In this document: positions 47,941 through 56,216 of the stretch, one piece after another
Layout: each line of letters begins with the position of its first letter
Numbering within the stretch: the stretch's first letter is position 1
Assembly: GCA_964395115.1 (NCBI GenBank)
Contig: CAYMZX010000001.1
Coordinates: 14,751 to 78,750, forward strand
Direction of reading: 5' to 3'
DNA length: 64,000 nucleotides
Origin: an uncultured Gammaproteobacteria bacterium
Lineage (GTDB): Bacteria > Patescibacteriota > Microgenomatia > UBA8517
Notes under the pieces: model-generated
Databases searched by the model: none
Told to the model about the DNA's origin: nothing
Seen by the model: the letters and a program-made list of their open reading frames with translations, nothing else
Made by a program: the position numbers and the translations under genes

Positions 47941-48756
47941 ATGGATGAGGAACACGTAATTCCTGCCTCCGAAAACCCCGAGCCGGCGGAAAATGAAATC
48001 AAAGGCATAAATCGGCTTTTTATTCCTCTTTTTATTATCTTAATTTTGTTAGTCGGAGCGGGAGCTTTCTTTATAGGAAGCCAGAAAGCCGGCCAAACTC
48101 CTAGCCCCTCTCCTTCGCCTTTGGCAACTCCTGAAACAACCCTAGAACCGAGTCCGACTGTTTCACCCACGCCGACTCCGAAAGCAACAAAAACTCCTCC
48201 GCCCACTCCAACCCCAACACCTACCCCCACTCCCGCAATTCAAACAAAAACAATAAACTCCACCGCTTCCCTTGATGGCTGGAGGGCCAGTAATGGTGGT
48301 GGGAATACAACTTGGTATATAGAAATCGGGAGAAATACCACCCTTACCACTCGGGGTTATGTAAGCTTCGACCTAAGCTCTATTCCCGCGGGTGCAACCA
48401 TTACCGAGGCAACCCTTAGGCTTTATCAAAAAACGGTCATTGGAACTCCTTACACTGGAAATAGCCTTGTCGTTGACCATGTAGATTACGGCTCCTCTTT
48501 AGGATCCGAGGACTATGCCCTTACCCCTTTAGCGGCGGCTGTAGGGACCTTGACCAACAACGCCTCAATCGAGTGGAAAGATTTGGTAGTCACAAGTTAT
48601 GTTAAAAACGATATTTCCGCCGGTCGGACCGGAAGTCAGTTTAGAATTAGGTTTCTAACCGAGGTGACTGGTCCCGATGCCTGGGTCAGATTTGAATCAG
48701 GAGATAACTACATGGGAACCGGAAATCTTCCTCAACTTGTAGTTAGATATTATTAA
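47941..48756 (+). CDS. membrane-anchored protein with Pro/Thr-rich linker and C-terminal beta-rich domain
   Basis: Transmembrane helix (LFIPLFIILILLVGAGAFFIG), (P-S/T) linker PSPSPSPLATPETTLEPSPTVSPTPTPKATKTPPPTPTPTPTPTPA, then a ~170-aa domain. Confidence 0.5.
   Translation: MDEEHVIPASENPEPAENEIKGINRLFIPLFIILILLVGAGAFFIGSQKAGQTPSPSPSPLATPETTLEPSPTVSPTPTPKATKTPPPTPTPTPTPTPAIQTKTINSTASLDGWRASNGGGNTTWYIEIGRNTTLTTRGYVSFDLSSIPAGATITEATLRLYQKTVIGTPYTGNSLVVDHVDYGSSLGSEDYALTPLAAAVGTLTNNASIEWKDLVVTSYVKNDISAGRTGSQFRIRFLTEVTGPDAWVRFESGDNYMGTGNLPQLVVRYY
48097..48240 (+). repeat. low-complexity Pro/Thr/Ser codon repeat (linker-coding)
   Basis: Degenerate (CCN-ACN/TCN)n run. The antisense strand yields a spurious GV-repeat ORF. 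Confidence 0.8.
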
Positions 48757-48784
48757 AAGTCTTTATCCTGTATAATTAATTTGT

Positions 48785-49078
48785 ATGACGGAGCCGCCCA
48801 AAGATCTGCAATCTTTAACCGCCCGTATAATCGCAAGTCAGTCGCAAAGGATTACTAAATCTCTATCAGAGGCTAAACTCACACCCCAACAAAAAAAGGA
48901 AATTCACCAAGAAGAAAGAATCAGTAAAATGCCGTGGGGTCCGGCCATTCCGTTTCACCAAAGAGAGGCGGAGATAAGAACAATAAAGGCGGTCGCCAGC
49001 AGGGAAACCCAAAGAACTCAAACCGTGAAAGGACAAGCTACCTTAGTTGGTCAGCCCCCTAAAGGCCCTGATAGATAA
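48785..49078 (+). CDS. hypothetical protein
   Basis: 97-aa ORF followed by a strong terminator hairpin. No motif. Confidence 0.35.
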   Translation: MTEPPKDLQSLTARIIASQSQRITKSLSEAKLTPQQKKEIHQEERISKMPWGPAIPFHQREAEIRTIKAVASRETQRTQTVKGQATLVGQPPKGPDR

Positions 49079-49082
49079 AAAT

Positions 49083-49139
49083 GGGGGGGCAAATGATCTC
49101 TTCTCGAGAATAGCGAACATTCGCCCCCCCTTCTTGCTT
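49083..49139. terminator. bidirectional intrinsic terminator between convergent genes
   Basis: G7-C-rich stem GGGGGGGCAAATG...CATTCGCCCCCCC followed by a T-rich tract. Confidence 0.6.
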
Positions 49140-49362
49140 ACCAGAATTCTACCATTTCAACCTGGGTTGACGGTACAGAAGGACATCCTTTTATGGGAAT
49201 GCCTGCGATGGCCTTTGGAAGACCGTTTGAAAGGCATTCCGGATTCACTCGAATGCCGACCGGGTTTTTCCCCCACCGCCAACTCTTGAACTCCTCGATT
49301 GCTTTAAGTATATCGTCCTCTGTTGGGTGGTGCCCGATTTCGAACGGCTTGACGACTGGCAT
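49138..49362 (-). CDS. small hypothetical protein downstream of gmd
   Basis: 74 aa. GGAGGA Shine-Dalgarno 5 nt upstream of the ATG. Confidence 0.4.
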   Translation of the reverse strand: MPVVKPFEIGHHPTEDDILKAIEEFKSWRWGKNPVGIRVNPECLSNGLPKAIAGIPIKGCPSVPSTQVEMVEFW

Positions 49363-49516
49363 TGGGTCCTCCGGCCCTTTCTAATCTTAGATCGGGGAAT
49401 CTGATTGAAAAGTGCTACCTCCTTCGATAGAACCTCCTTCGCTTCTGAAAGAGATCTTCGCCGGATTGCTATAGGTTTATAATAGCATAAAGTTGAAGCC
49501 AATTCAATGGGAAGTT

Positions 49517-50536
49517 TTACTTAAGTCTCGCTATATGAGCGTTAACCATTATTTGTATTAGCTCTTCGAATTTTACCTTTGGTTTCCACCCCAAAATTTT
49601 CTTAGCCTTTGACCAATCGGCAATCAATGGTCCGGTCTCTGTCGGCCTGATAAATCTTTTATCCACCTCTACATATTTTTTCCAATCTAATCCCACGCAT
49701 CTAAAAGCTTCTTCGCATAAATCTCGAACGGTGTGGGTTTCTCCCGTTCCAATCACATAATCGTCGGGCTTTTTCTGTTGCATCATCAGCCAGATTGCCT
49801 CGACAAAGTCTTTCGCATAGCCCCAATCTCTCTTGGCGTCAAGATTTCCCAAAGCCACTTTCCCGTTTTTTACAATTGGCTCTCCTTCTTCGTTTAAATC
49901 TTCGGAGTTTTTGATTCCCAACTTTGCACAAGCAGCAGCGTAACAAACTTTCTGGGTAACAAAACTCAAGTGGCGCCTTGGAGATTCGTGATTAAAAAGT
50001 ATGCCATTTACGCAGAACATGCCGTAACTTTCCCTATATATTTTAGCCATCGAGTAAGCATAAACTTTGGCGACTGCATAGGGATTCGCCGGATTAAATG
50101 GAGTCCTCTCGTTTTGAGGAATTTCCCTTACCCAGCCGAACATCTCGCTGCTTGAGGCTTGGTAAAATTTTGCTTTGGGAACCACATCGTATGTTGCATC
50201 CAAAACTCGGTGAGCCCCGATTCCCGTCACCTCGGCGGTATGAATTGGTTGTCTAAATGACTCCCTAGGGTGGGACTGGCTAGCTAAATTGTAGACCTCA
50301 TCTGGTTTAACTGATTGAATTGCTTCACGAATGGAAATCGGATCTAAAAGATCGGCTTGAATCAAATTAAGTCGGTGCTGAATGTGTCCAATATTTTGAT
50401 AAGATCTTGCACTAGTTCTTCTCACCAATCCCGCCACTTCATACCCTTTTTCGAGAAGAAGTTCGGCTAAATACGACCCGTCTTGGCCGGTTATTCCTGT
50501 AATCAAGGCTACCTTTTTTCTTTTTCTTTTTGTCAT
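49517..50536 (-). CDS. gmd: GDP-mannose 4,6-dehydratase
   Basis: ALITGITGQDGSYLAELLLEKGYEV (NAD Rossmann), SDR catalytic S/Y/K, and Gmd-specific C-terminal region. Confidence 0.9.
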   Translation of the reverse strand: MTKRKRKKVALITGITGQDGSYLAELLLEKGYEVAGLVRRTSARSYQNIGHIQHRLNLIQADLLDPISIREAIQSVKPDEVYNLASQSHPRESFRQPIHTAEVTGIGAHRVLDATYDVVPKAKFYQASSSEMFGWVREIPQNERTPFNPANPYAVAKVYAYSMAKIYRESYGMFCVNGILFNHESPRRHLSFVTQKVCYAAACAKLGIKNSEDLNEEGEPIVKNGKVALGNLDAKRDWGYAKDFVEAIWLMMQQKKPDDYVIGTGETHTVRDLCEEAFRCVGLDWKKYVEVDKRFIRPTETGPLIADWSKAKKILGWKPKVKFEELIQIMVNAHIARLK

Positions 50537-50661
50537 ATGGCAATGATAGCATCAGAGGGTAAAAATTTCCAATTTATTTCTCTTGCTGGTTTTGTTACAA
50601 TATTTACGGTGGTTATCGATGACTAACTTTATGTCATTCTGGAAGGGGGCGATTATGCTTC

Positions 50662-50856
50662 ATGTTTGTCGTCAAAAAGAAAAAGGGCGAATCGGAGGAC
50701 AGGTTGATTGCCCGTTTCCGAAAGAAAACCTTAAATGAGGGAATTTTATTGGAACTTAGAGAGAGGGAAAGATACAAAAAACCTGCCGAAAGGAGAAAAG
50801 AGAAAAAATACCGCCTTGAATATCTTCGAGAGCTAGAAAAGAAAAGGAATTATTAG
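50662..50856 (+). CDS. rpsU: 30S ribosomal protein S21
   Basis: 64-aa basic protein with S21-like pattern (…LIARFRKKTLNEGILLELRERERYKKPAERRKEKK…). Strong GGAAGGGGG RBS. Confidence 0.65.
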   Translation: MFVVKKKKGESEDRLIARFRKKTLNEGILLELRERERYKKPAERRKEKKYRLEYLRELEKKRNY

Positions 50857-51519
50857 TTATTTAAGGAGTAAGCTCCTTACAAATTCCCTTCGATGAAAAC
50901 GAGTAATGCCGTATTTTCTGATAGCCTCCTGGTGTTTTTTAGTACCATAACCTTTATTTCTTCCCCAATCGTACTTTCTAAAATTCGGCCTTTTCCCTAG
51001 TCGAACCATTATTTTGTCCCGATAAACTTTGGCAATTATCGATGCGGCAGCAATGCTTAGGGACTTTTCGTCTCCGTCAACTATCGCCAGTTGCCTGCTT
51101 TTCGGGTTTCCCCTAACATAGGGTACAAAAAAGGCATCTATGAGTAAATAATCTATACTTTTCCCAAGATTTTTTCGGGCTTCTGAGATAGCCTTTCTAA
51201 AAGCCATCTTTGTTGCTTTTGCCATCCCTAAACGATTGATAACCGCGTTAGAAACTTCCCCTACTCCCCAACTTATTACATTTCTCTTAATCCATTTGGC
51301 TCCTTTTTCTCTTTGTCTCGGAGTCAATTTTTTGGAATCATCAATTCTCACATTACTTTGCATTTTTAAATTTGCATTTTTAATTTGCGGTCTAAAAACT
51401 ACGCAACCCGCGACCACCGGTCCGGCTAAACAGCCTCTTCCTACCTCATCCACTCCTGCCACGAGCCTGTATCCCTTTTGCCAAAGTTTCTTCTCGTATC
51501 TGAAATTGGGAAGAGTCAT
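50857..51519 (-). CDS. rnhB: ribonuclease HII
   Basis: AGVDEVGRGCLAGPVVAG catalytic DEVG motif and RNase HII fold. Confidence 0.9.
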   Translation of the reverse strand: MTLPNFRYEKKLWQKGYRLVAGVDEVGRGCLAGPVVAGCVVFRPQIKNANLKMQSNVRIDDSKKLTPRQREKGAKWIKRNVISWGVGEVSNAVINRLGMAKATKMAFRKAISEARKNLGKSIDYLLIDAFFVPYVRGNPKSRQLAIVDGDEKSLSIAAASIIAKVYRDKIMVRLGKRPNFRKYDWGRNKGYGTKKHQEAIRKYGITRFHRREFVRSLLLK

Positions 51520-51983
51520 TTCTTTCGGGGGCGACGCGGCCTAACTTCCGTTGTTTCTACATATAACTCGCGTACAACCTCCGATGCTTCATCTAAAAGT
51601 TGTTGAATAAACCCTTTATCTTCCCTTTCCGGGGTAGTTCCCGAAAGTTTAATCATCCTTCTTACTATCTCCTGACCTACAACCCTTGAGGAAAATCCCT
51701 CTCTTCTTAAAGTAATGACTGCCTGCTGTGGTGTTAAGGTGGCACTTTCTTGAAGGTTAAGCCAAAAATCCCCGGTGTCCGGTCCAACTATACCCGGAAA
51801 CCTGGAGGCAACCCTCTCCATTAAGGGAAGGAGTGATTCAATTGCCCCTTCGGGGAATTCTCGTTCTTCATTTTTTCTTAAAATCCTGATTGTTCTTTCT
51901 TCGCCCGAGGGCATTTGCACTCTAATCCTTCCCCTTCGAGCACTAACAATTTTTAAAGTTTCTCCTCTCTCGATGCCCTTCAT
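51516..51983 (-). CDS. hypothetical protein (possible small beta-barrel plus helical domain)
   Basis: 155-aa ORF, ATGA-coupled to rnhB. No confident family assignment. Confidence 0.4.
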   Translation of the reverse strand: MKGIERGETLKIVSARRGRIRVQMPSGEERTIRILRKNEEREFPEGAIESLLPLMERVASRFPGIVGPDTGDFWLNLQESATLTPQQAVITLRREGFSSRVVGQEIVRRMIKLSGTTPEREDKGFIQQLLDEASEVVRELYVETTEVRPRRPRKK

Positions 51984-52046
51984 AAGTAAGTGTTATTATA
52001 ACATCGTTTTTCTAGAAGCGAGGCTTCTTGTTTATTTGACCAAGTT

Positions 52047-52250
52047 TTGCTAAAATTGGAGTCCGTGAAGAATATTTTAGGTTACTTGGCCGAAGTAAGG
52101 CTTGAGCTCTCCAAGGTCACCTGGCCCAAAAGAAACGAAGTAATTAAACTTACCTTGACGGTGTTTATTATTTCGATTATTGTGGGTCTTTATACAGGAG
52201 CCTTAGACTATATCTTTACGAAAATGTTGGGGGTTCTTTTTAGTAAATGA
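52047..52250 (+). CDS. secE: preprotein translocase subunit SecE
   Basis: 67 aa. Conserved EVRLELSKVTWP...transmembrane helix pattern. Precedes nusG. Confidence 0.75.
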   Translation: MLKLESVKNILGYLAEVRLELSKVTWPKRNEVIKLTLTVFIISIIVGLYTGALDYIFTKMLGVLFSK

Positions 52251-52864
52251 CAAAAAAAGATTCTGACACTTCCGTTTTGGAACGAGGAACTGGGAAGAAA
52301 AAAATTCCCGGTCATATCGTTATTTCCCAAACGTCCGATCCTAAAGCAAAGTGGTATGTTGTTCATACTCAGTCGGGTCATGAAGTTAGAGTCTCCGAGA
52401 CTCTTCGCCAGCGGGTAGAAACAATGGGATTGTCGGGGAAAATTTTCGAACTTTTGGTTCCGACTCAAGACCGGGTTATCATCCGTTCCGGGAAAAAAGC
52501 AACAGTTAAGGAAAAAATATTTCCCGGTTATTTATTGATCAAAATGATATTGGATGATGCTTCTTGGCTGGCTGTACGTACCACTCCTGGAATTACCGGA
52601 TTTGTGGGAACGGGCAATAATCCCACCCCTCTTCTAAATGAAGAAGTTTCTAATATACAAAAATTCGTTTCTGCACCAGCACCAAGATTTAAGACTAAAT
52701 TTTCTGTTGGGGAGGCGGTCAAGATCACAGACGGCCCATTTGCAGATTTTTTGGGAACAATTCATGAATTGGATGAAGAAAAGGGTAAAGTTAAAGTTTT
52801 GGTCTCTATATTTGGAAGAGAAACACCGGTTGAGTTAGATTTTTTACAAATTGCTAAAGTTTAA
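52247..52864 (+). CDS. nusG: transcription antitermination factor NusG (with N-terminal extension)
   Basis: NGN domain KWYVVHTQSGHE and C-terminal KOW (FSVGEAVKITDGPFADFLGTIHELD). Confidence 0.85.
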   Translation: MTKKDSDTSVLERGTGKKKIPGHIVISQTSDPKAKWYVVHTQSGHEVRVSETLRQRVETMGLSGKIFELLVPTQDRVIIRSGKKATVKEKIFPGYLLIKMILDDASWLAVRTTPGITGFVGTGNNPTPLLNEEVSNIQKFVSAPAPRFKTKFSVGEAVKITDGPFADFLGTIHELDEEKGKVKVLVSIFGRETPVELDFLQIAKV

Positions 52865-52870
52865 AGGAAA

Positions 52871-53314
52871 ATGGCCGCCAAAAAAATAAAAACAATCATT
52901 AAAGTAAATCTGCCTGCGGGAGAAGCCACCCCTGCCCCCCCACTTGGACCGGCCCTGGGCCAACATGGAGTTGCAATTATGGATTTTGTCCGCGCCTATA
53001 ATGAAAAAACTGCCGCCCAAAAAGGGTCAATTGTCCCGGCAGTGATCACAATTTACGAAGACAGGAGTTTTGACTTTCAGATTAAAAAAGCACCGGTTTC
53101 CGAGATGATTAAGAGGGAATTGGGTTTAGAAAAAGCCTCGGGAACAACGCCAAAAGAAATTGTCGGGACTTTAACTGAAGCTCAACTTGAAAAAATCGCC
53201 AAGGAAAAACTTTCTGATCTAAATACCGAAGATTTAGAAGCAGCCAAGAAGATCGTTGCCGGTACGGCTAAAAGTATGGGGGTTAAAATTCAGTATCAAA
53301 ATGGGCAAGACTAA
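52871..53314 (+). CDS. rplK: 50S ribosomal protein L11
   Basis: [38 protein letters not shown] is the canonical L11 sequence. Confidence 0.95.
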   Translation: MAAKKIKTIIKVNLPAGEATPAPPLGPALGQHGVAIMDFVRAYNEKTAAQKGSIVPAVITIYEDRSFDFQIKKAPVSEMIKRELGLEKASGTTPKEIVGTLTEAQLEKIAKEKLSDLNTEDLEAAKKIVAGTAKSMGVKIQYQNGQD

Positions 53315-54092
53315 AACAGCTTTTGTTGGCGAACCTCTACCCGAAGAAAAGTCCAGAAAAACTAAGAAAGTTGAGGCGAAAAAAGTTCACATTTCCGGTC
53401 TTAAGGGCGGCCAACGAATCAAAATCGTTGAAGTTGAACCTTTATTGGAAAAGGCCGAAGTTTCACCAGAAGAATCCAAAAAGGTAAAAAGGGGGAAAGG
53501 TCCAAAAGTTAGGACTAAAAGGTATCTAGAAGCAAAGGCCAAAATTGAACCCGGGCGGCTCTATCCTTTAAAAGAAGCAGTAAAACTTGCCCGTGAGGCT
53601 TCATATTCTAGTTTCGACGGTACAATGGAACTTCACTTAACAGTTAAAAAACCGGGTCTTTCGGTTAGCATTACCCTTCCTCACGAAACAGGGAAAGAAA
53701 AAAAGGTGGAGGTGGCCTCAGAGGAAACCATTAAGAAATTAGAAAGTGGCAAAATTGACTTTGATGTTCTAATTTCCACCCCTGATTTCATGCCCAGGTT
53801 GGTTCCCTTTGCTAAAATCTTAGGACCGAGGGGCCTTATGCCAAACCCCAAAAACGGAACATTAGTTAGCCACCTTCAAAAAACCAAGACTTTTTCGGCA
53901 AATACGGTCACTCTAAAGACCGAAAAAGAGGCCCCTCTTATTCATACTATCTTCGGTAAGGTTAGCATGGACGACCAAAAACTTTACGAAAATGCCGAAG
54001 CTATCTTTAGCGCTCTGGGAGGATCAAAACAAATAATCAAGGCTTATACTAAAGCTTCAATGGGCCCTTCGGTAAAAATTGCCATCTCGTAA
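53301..54092 (+). CDS. rplA: 50S ribosomal protein L1 with ~75-aa Lys-rich N-terminal extension
   Basis: L1 core ([28 protein letters not shown]...[11 protein letters not shown]...[12 protein letters not shown]). Start trimmed to MGKTKTAF. Confidence 0.85.
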   Translation: MGKTKTAFVGEPLPEEKSRKTKKVEAKKVHISGLKGGQRIKIVEVEPLLEKAEVSPEESKKVKRGKGPKVRTKRYLEAKAKIEPGRLYPLKEAVKLAREASYSSFDGTMELHLTVKKPGLSVSITLPHETGKEKKVEVASEETIKKLESGKIDFDVLISTPDFMPRLVPFAKILGPRGLMPNPKNGTLVSHLQKTKTFSANTVTLKTEKEAPLIHTIFGKVSMDDQKLYENAEAIFSALGGSKQIIKAYTKASMGPSVKIAIS

Positions 54093-54115
54093 AAACTTTA
54101 TGCTAAAATATCCTC

Positions 54116-54742
54116 ATGGCCGAAGATAATCGAGAGTTTTCTCCAAAAAAGCCTCTCCATGACCGCCAGGCTGCGCTGGCGGCGATTAAAAGAGCGCAGA
54201 AAAAAGGAACTTGGCCTGAAAGAGAGCCCCAAAACGAAGGCAATCCCCGCGAGGAAAAACAGTATCCAACTCCAGAAGAACAGAAAAAAGCCCTTGCCTC
54301 AATCCCCTTTAGTTACGAAACTATTCCCTCTATTATTAAGAAAGAGTTGACAGCAGAAGCAAAAAAACTCAACACTATGATGATGGAAAAGGCAGAGCCA
54401 GAACCGAAAAAGGTTTCTCCACCTAATCCTAATCAACCCATTAGCCAATCAGATAAATACGAAGGAATAGGAATAAAAGAAATTCTCCGCCAAGGAGCAA
54501 CTAAGGCAGAGTCTTTGAAGCGAGTACCTCCACTTCCTGCCAAAGAAGAAGAATCCTTTCCACTACCACCTTCTCAAAGACCTTATGTAAAACCTCCGCC
54601 ACTTAAACCTGTCCCTATCGCGGAACCGCCCCTTCCTCCTGAACAAAGATTGCGACAACAAATAAGAAAGGCTCCAGTAGATGTGTCACCAAATGAATCC
54701 TATCTGAAAAGAATCTGGAAAAAGTTGACAGGAAGAGTATAA
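54116..54742 (+). CDS. hypothetical Pro/Lys/Glu-rich low-complexity protein inserted between rplA and rplJ
   Basis: 208-aa ORF with PPLP/PLPP repeats. No motif. Occupies the slot normally holding the L10 leader. Confidence 0.4.
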   Translation: MAEDNREFSPKKPLHDRQAALAAIKRAQKKGTWPEREPQNEGNPREEKQYPTPEEQKKALASIPFSYETIPSIIKKELTAEAKKLNTMMMEKAEPEPKKVSPPNPNQPISQSDKYEGIGIKEILRQGATKAESLKRVPPLPAKEEESFPLPPSQRPYVKPPPLKPVPIAEPPLPPEQRLRQQIRKAPVDVSPNESYLKRIWKKLTGRV

Positions 54743-54779
54743 TAACTTCGTCCGAAGACAGCATGCACCTAAATAAGTC

Positions 54780-55307
54780 GTGCCGAGGAATATGAAAAAA
54801 CAAGAAAAAATCTTCTTTGTCGAAAACCTCACCGAAGAGTTAAAGTCGGCTAAATCTGTTATTCTGGTTAATTACGCCGGCCTCTCCGTTACCAATCAAC
54901 GGGAACTCGTTAGCCGATTGAAAAAGGTGGGAGCAAAAATGCTGGTAGTTAAAAATACCCTACTTAGACGGGCCGGCCAGGCAGCCAAGATTGATCCTCA
55001 AATCCTCTCGGACTCGGTTTTGACTGGACAAACAGCCCTTGTCATCTCCGAAAGTGATCCGGTGGCGGCCCTATCAATTCTTGGGAAATTTGCCAAGGAA
55101 TTTGAAGTTCCCCAGCTTAAAGTTGGAATTGTGGAAGGATCTTTTCAAGAACAAGAAGCCTTGATTAAGCTTTCCAGTCTTCCCGGCCGCGATGTTTTAT
55201 TGGGGCAGGTCTTGGGAGCTCTGATGTCACCTTCCTACGGTTTGGTGGAAACTTTGAATGCCAACGTCCAGAAATTTTTGTACATTCTTAAAACGAAAGC
55301 GGGGTGA
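54780..55307 (+). CDS. rplJ: 50S ribosomal protein L10
   Basis: L10 N-terminal pattern (K.EKIFFVENLTEELKSAKSVILVNYAGLSV...). Confidence 0.85.
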   Translation: MPRNMKKQEKIFFVENLTEELKSAKSVILVNYAGLSVTNQRELVSRLKKVGAKMLVVKNTLLRRAGQAAKIDPQILSDSVLTGQTALVISESDPVAALSILGKFAKEFEVPQLKVGIVEGSFQEQEALIKLSSLPGRDVLLGQVLGALMSPSYGLVETLNANVQKFLYILKTKAG

Positions 55308-55313
55308 TTATTT

Positions 55314-55820
55314 ATGGCAGATGATAAAGTTCAAGAAGAAATAAAAGAAGAGGTCAAAGCCGAAGAGGCAAAAGAGGAGGTTAGCGAAACCAAAAAAGAG
55401 AAAAAAGGAGAAAAGGCCCTTTCCAGCAAAGTCGGAAAATTGGTTGATGAAATTTCGACTCTTTCCGTACTGGAACTTTCTGAACTTGTAACCGCTTTGC
55501 AGGAAAAGCTGGGTGTCACCGCTCAAGCTCCTGTTATGACCACTGGTCCTTCTAGTACCGCCCTTGCTGGAGAAGCTCCCGCAGAAGGTACAATGGGAGG
55601 GGGCGCAGTTAACCAAACGGTTATCATGACCGACGCTGGAACAAATAAAATCGCCGTTATTAAAGCGCTTCGAGAAATTAATCAAAATTTAACGTTGGTT
55701 GAAGCGAAGAATATGACCGAACAACTTCCGGCTGAAGTACTAAAAGACGCCAAGGCGGAAGATGCAAAAAGTGCTGTTGAAAAACTCAAAGCTGCTGGGG
55801 CAACGGTTGAGGTTAAATAA
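55314..55820 (+). CDS. rplL: 50S ribosomal protein L7/L12 (extended N-terminus)
   Basis: C-terminal domain KIAVIKALREI...LVEAKNMTEQLPAEVLKDAKAEDAKSAVEKLKAAGATVEVK is the canonical L7/L12 CTD. Confidence 0.9.
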   Translation: MADDKVQEEIKEEVKAEEAKEEVSETKKEKKGEKALSSKVGKLVDEISTLSVLELSELVTALQEKLGVTAQAPVMTTGPSSTALAGEAPAEGTMGGGAVNQTVIMTDAGTNKIAVIKALREINQNLTLVEAKNMTEQLPAEVLKDAKAEDAKSAVEKLKAAGATVEVK

Positions 55821-55826
55821 ATTTTG

Positions 55827-55870
55827 GTGCGCGGAAATTTGTCTATACTTACGGACAAGCTCCGCGCACC
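55827..55870. terminator. strong hairpin terminator after rplL (bidirectional)
   Basis: GGTGCGCGGA...TCCGCGCACC 10-bp GC-rich stem, flanked by A/T-rich sequence on both sides, between convergent genes. Confidence 0.6.
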
Positions 55871-55888
55871 ATTAGAGTCTTTCCCTCT

Positions 55889-56164
55889 TCAGCGACTTAG
55901 ATTTTGAATTGCCGCGTAGACGAAAAGACTTATTGCTCCTATTCCGGCAACTGCAAATAATCCGAAAAGGAAGCAGTTCAGGCCTTCGTTTTGTTCTTTC
56001 GATCTAAAAAATAGACCGAGAGCCCCGGCGCAAACCCCCAAAAGAAATTGGAAGCTTGCCAAAAGCGGCCTTCCATAATGAACAGCAGCGATGCTTAAGG
56101 CGAAGCTGATTATCGCCAAATGGCCGAAAACCACTGCCAGCTGATACTCCCTTTGGGAAATCAT
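55889..56164 (-). CDS. small 3-TM membrane protein (last gene of ATP-grasp operon)
   Basis: 91 aa, three hydrophobic helices. Confidence 0.45.
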   Translation of the reverse strand: MISQREYQLAVVFGHLAIISFALSIAAVHYGRPLLASFQFLLGVCAGALGLFFRSKEQNEGLNCFLFGLFAVAGIGAISLFVYAAIQNLSR

Positions 56165-56216
56165 CTGACCCCTCCTTTTTTCCTTTTTTCGGTCAGTTCT
56201 GCCAAAGAGCGCGCGG

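Noticed and set aside
47883-48230. 115-aa minus-strand ORF beginning MGVGVGVGVGGG
   Set aside because: It is the reverse complement of the Pro/Thr linker-coding repeat of the 47941..48756 gene, a frame artefact of low-complexity DNA.
49245-49502. 85-aa minus ORF starting with TTG, rich in Arg/Ser
   Set aside because: Overlaps the better-supported 74-aa ORF (which has a GGAGGA RBS) in another frame. Composition suggests a spurious call.
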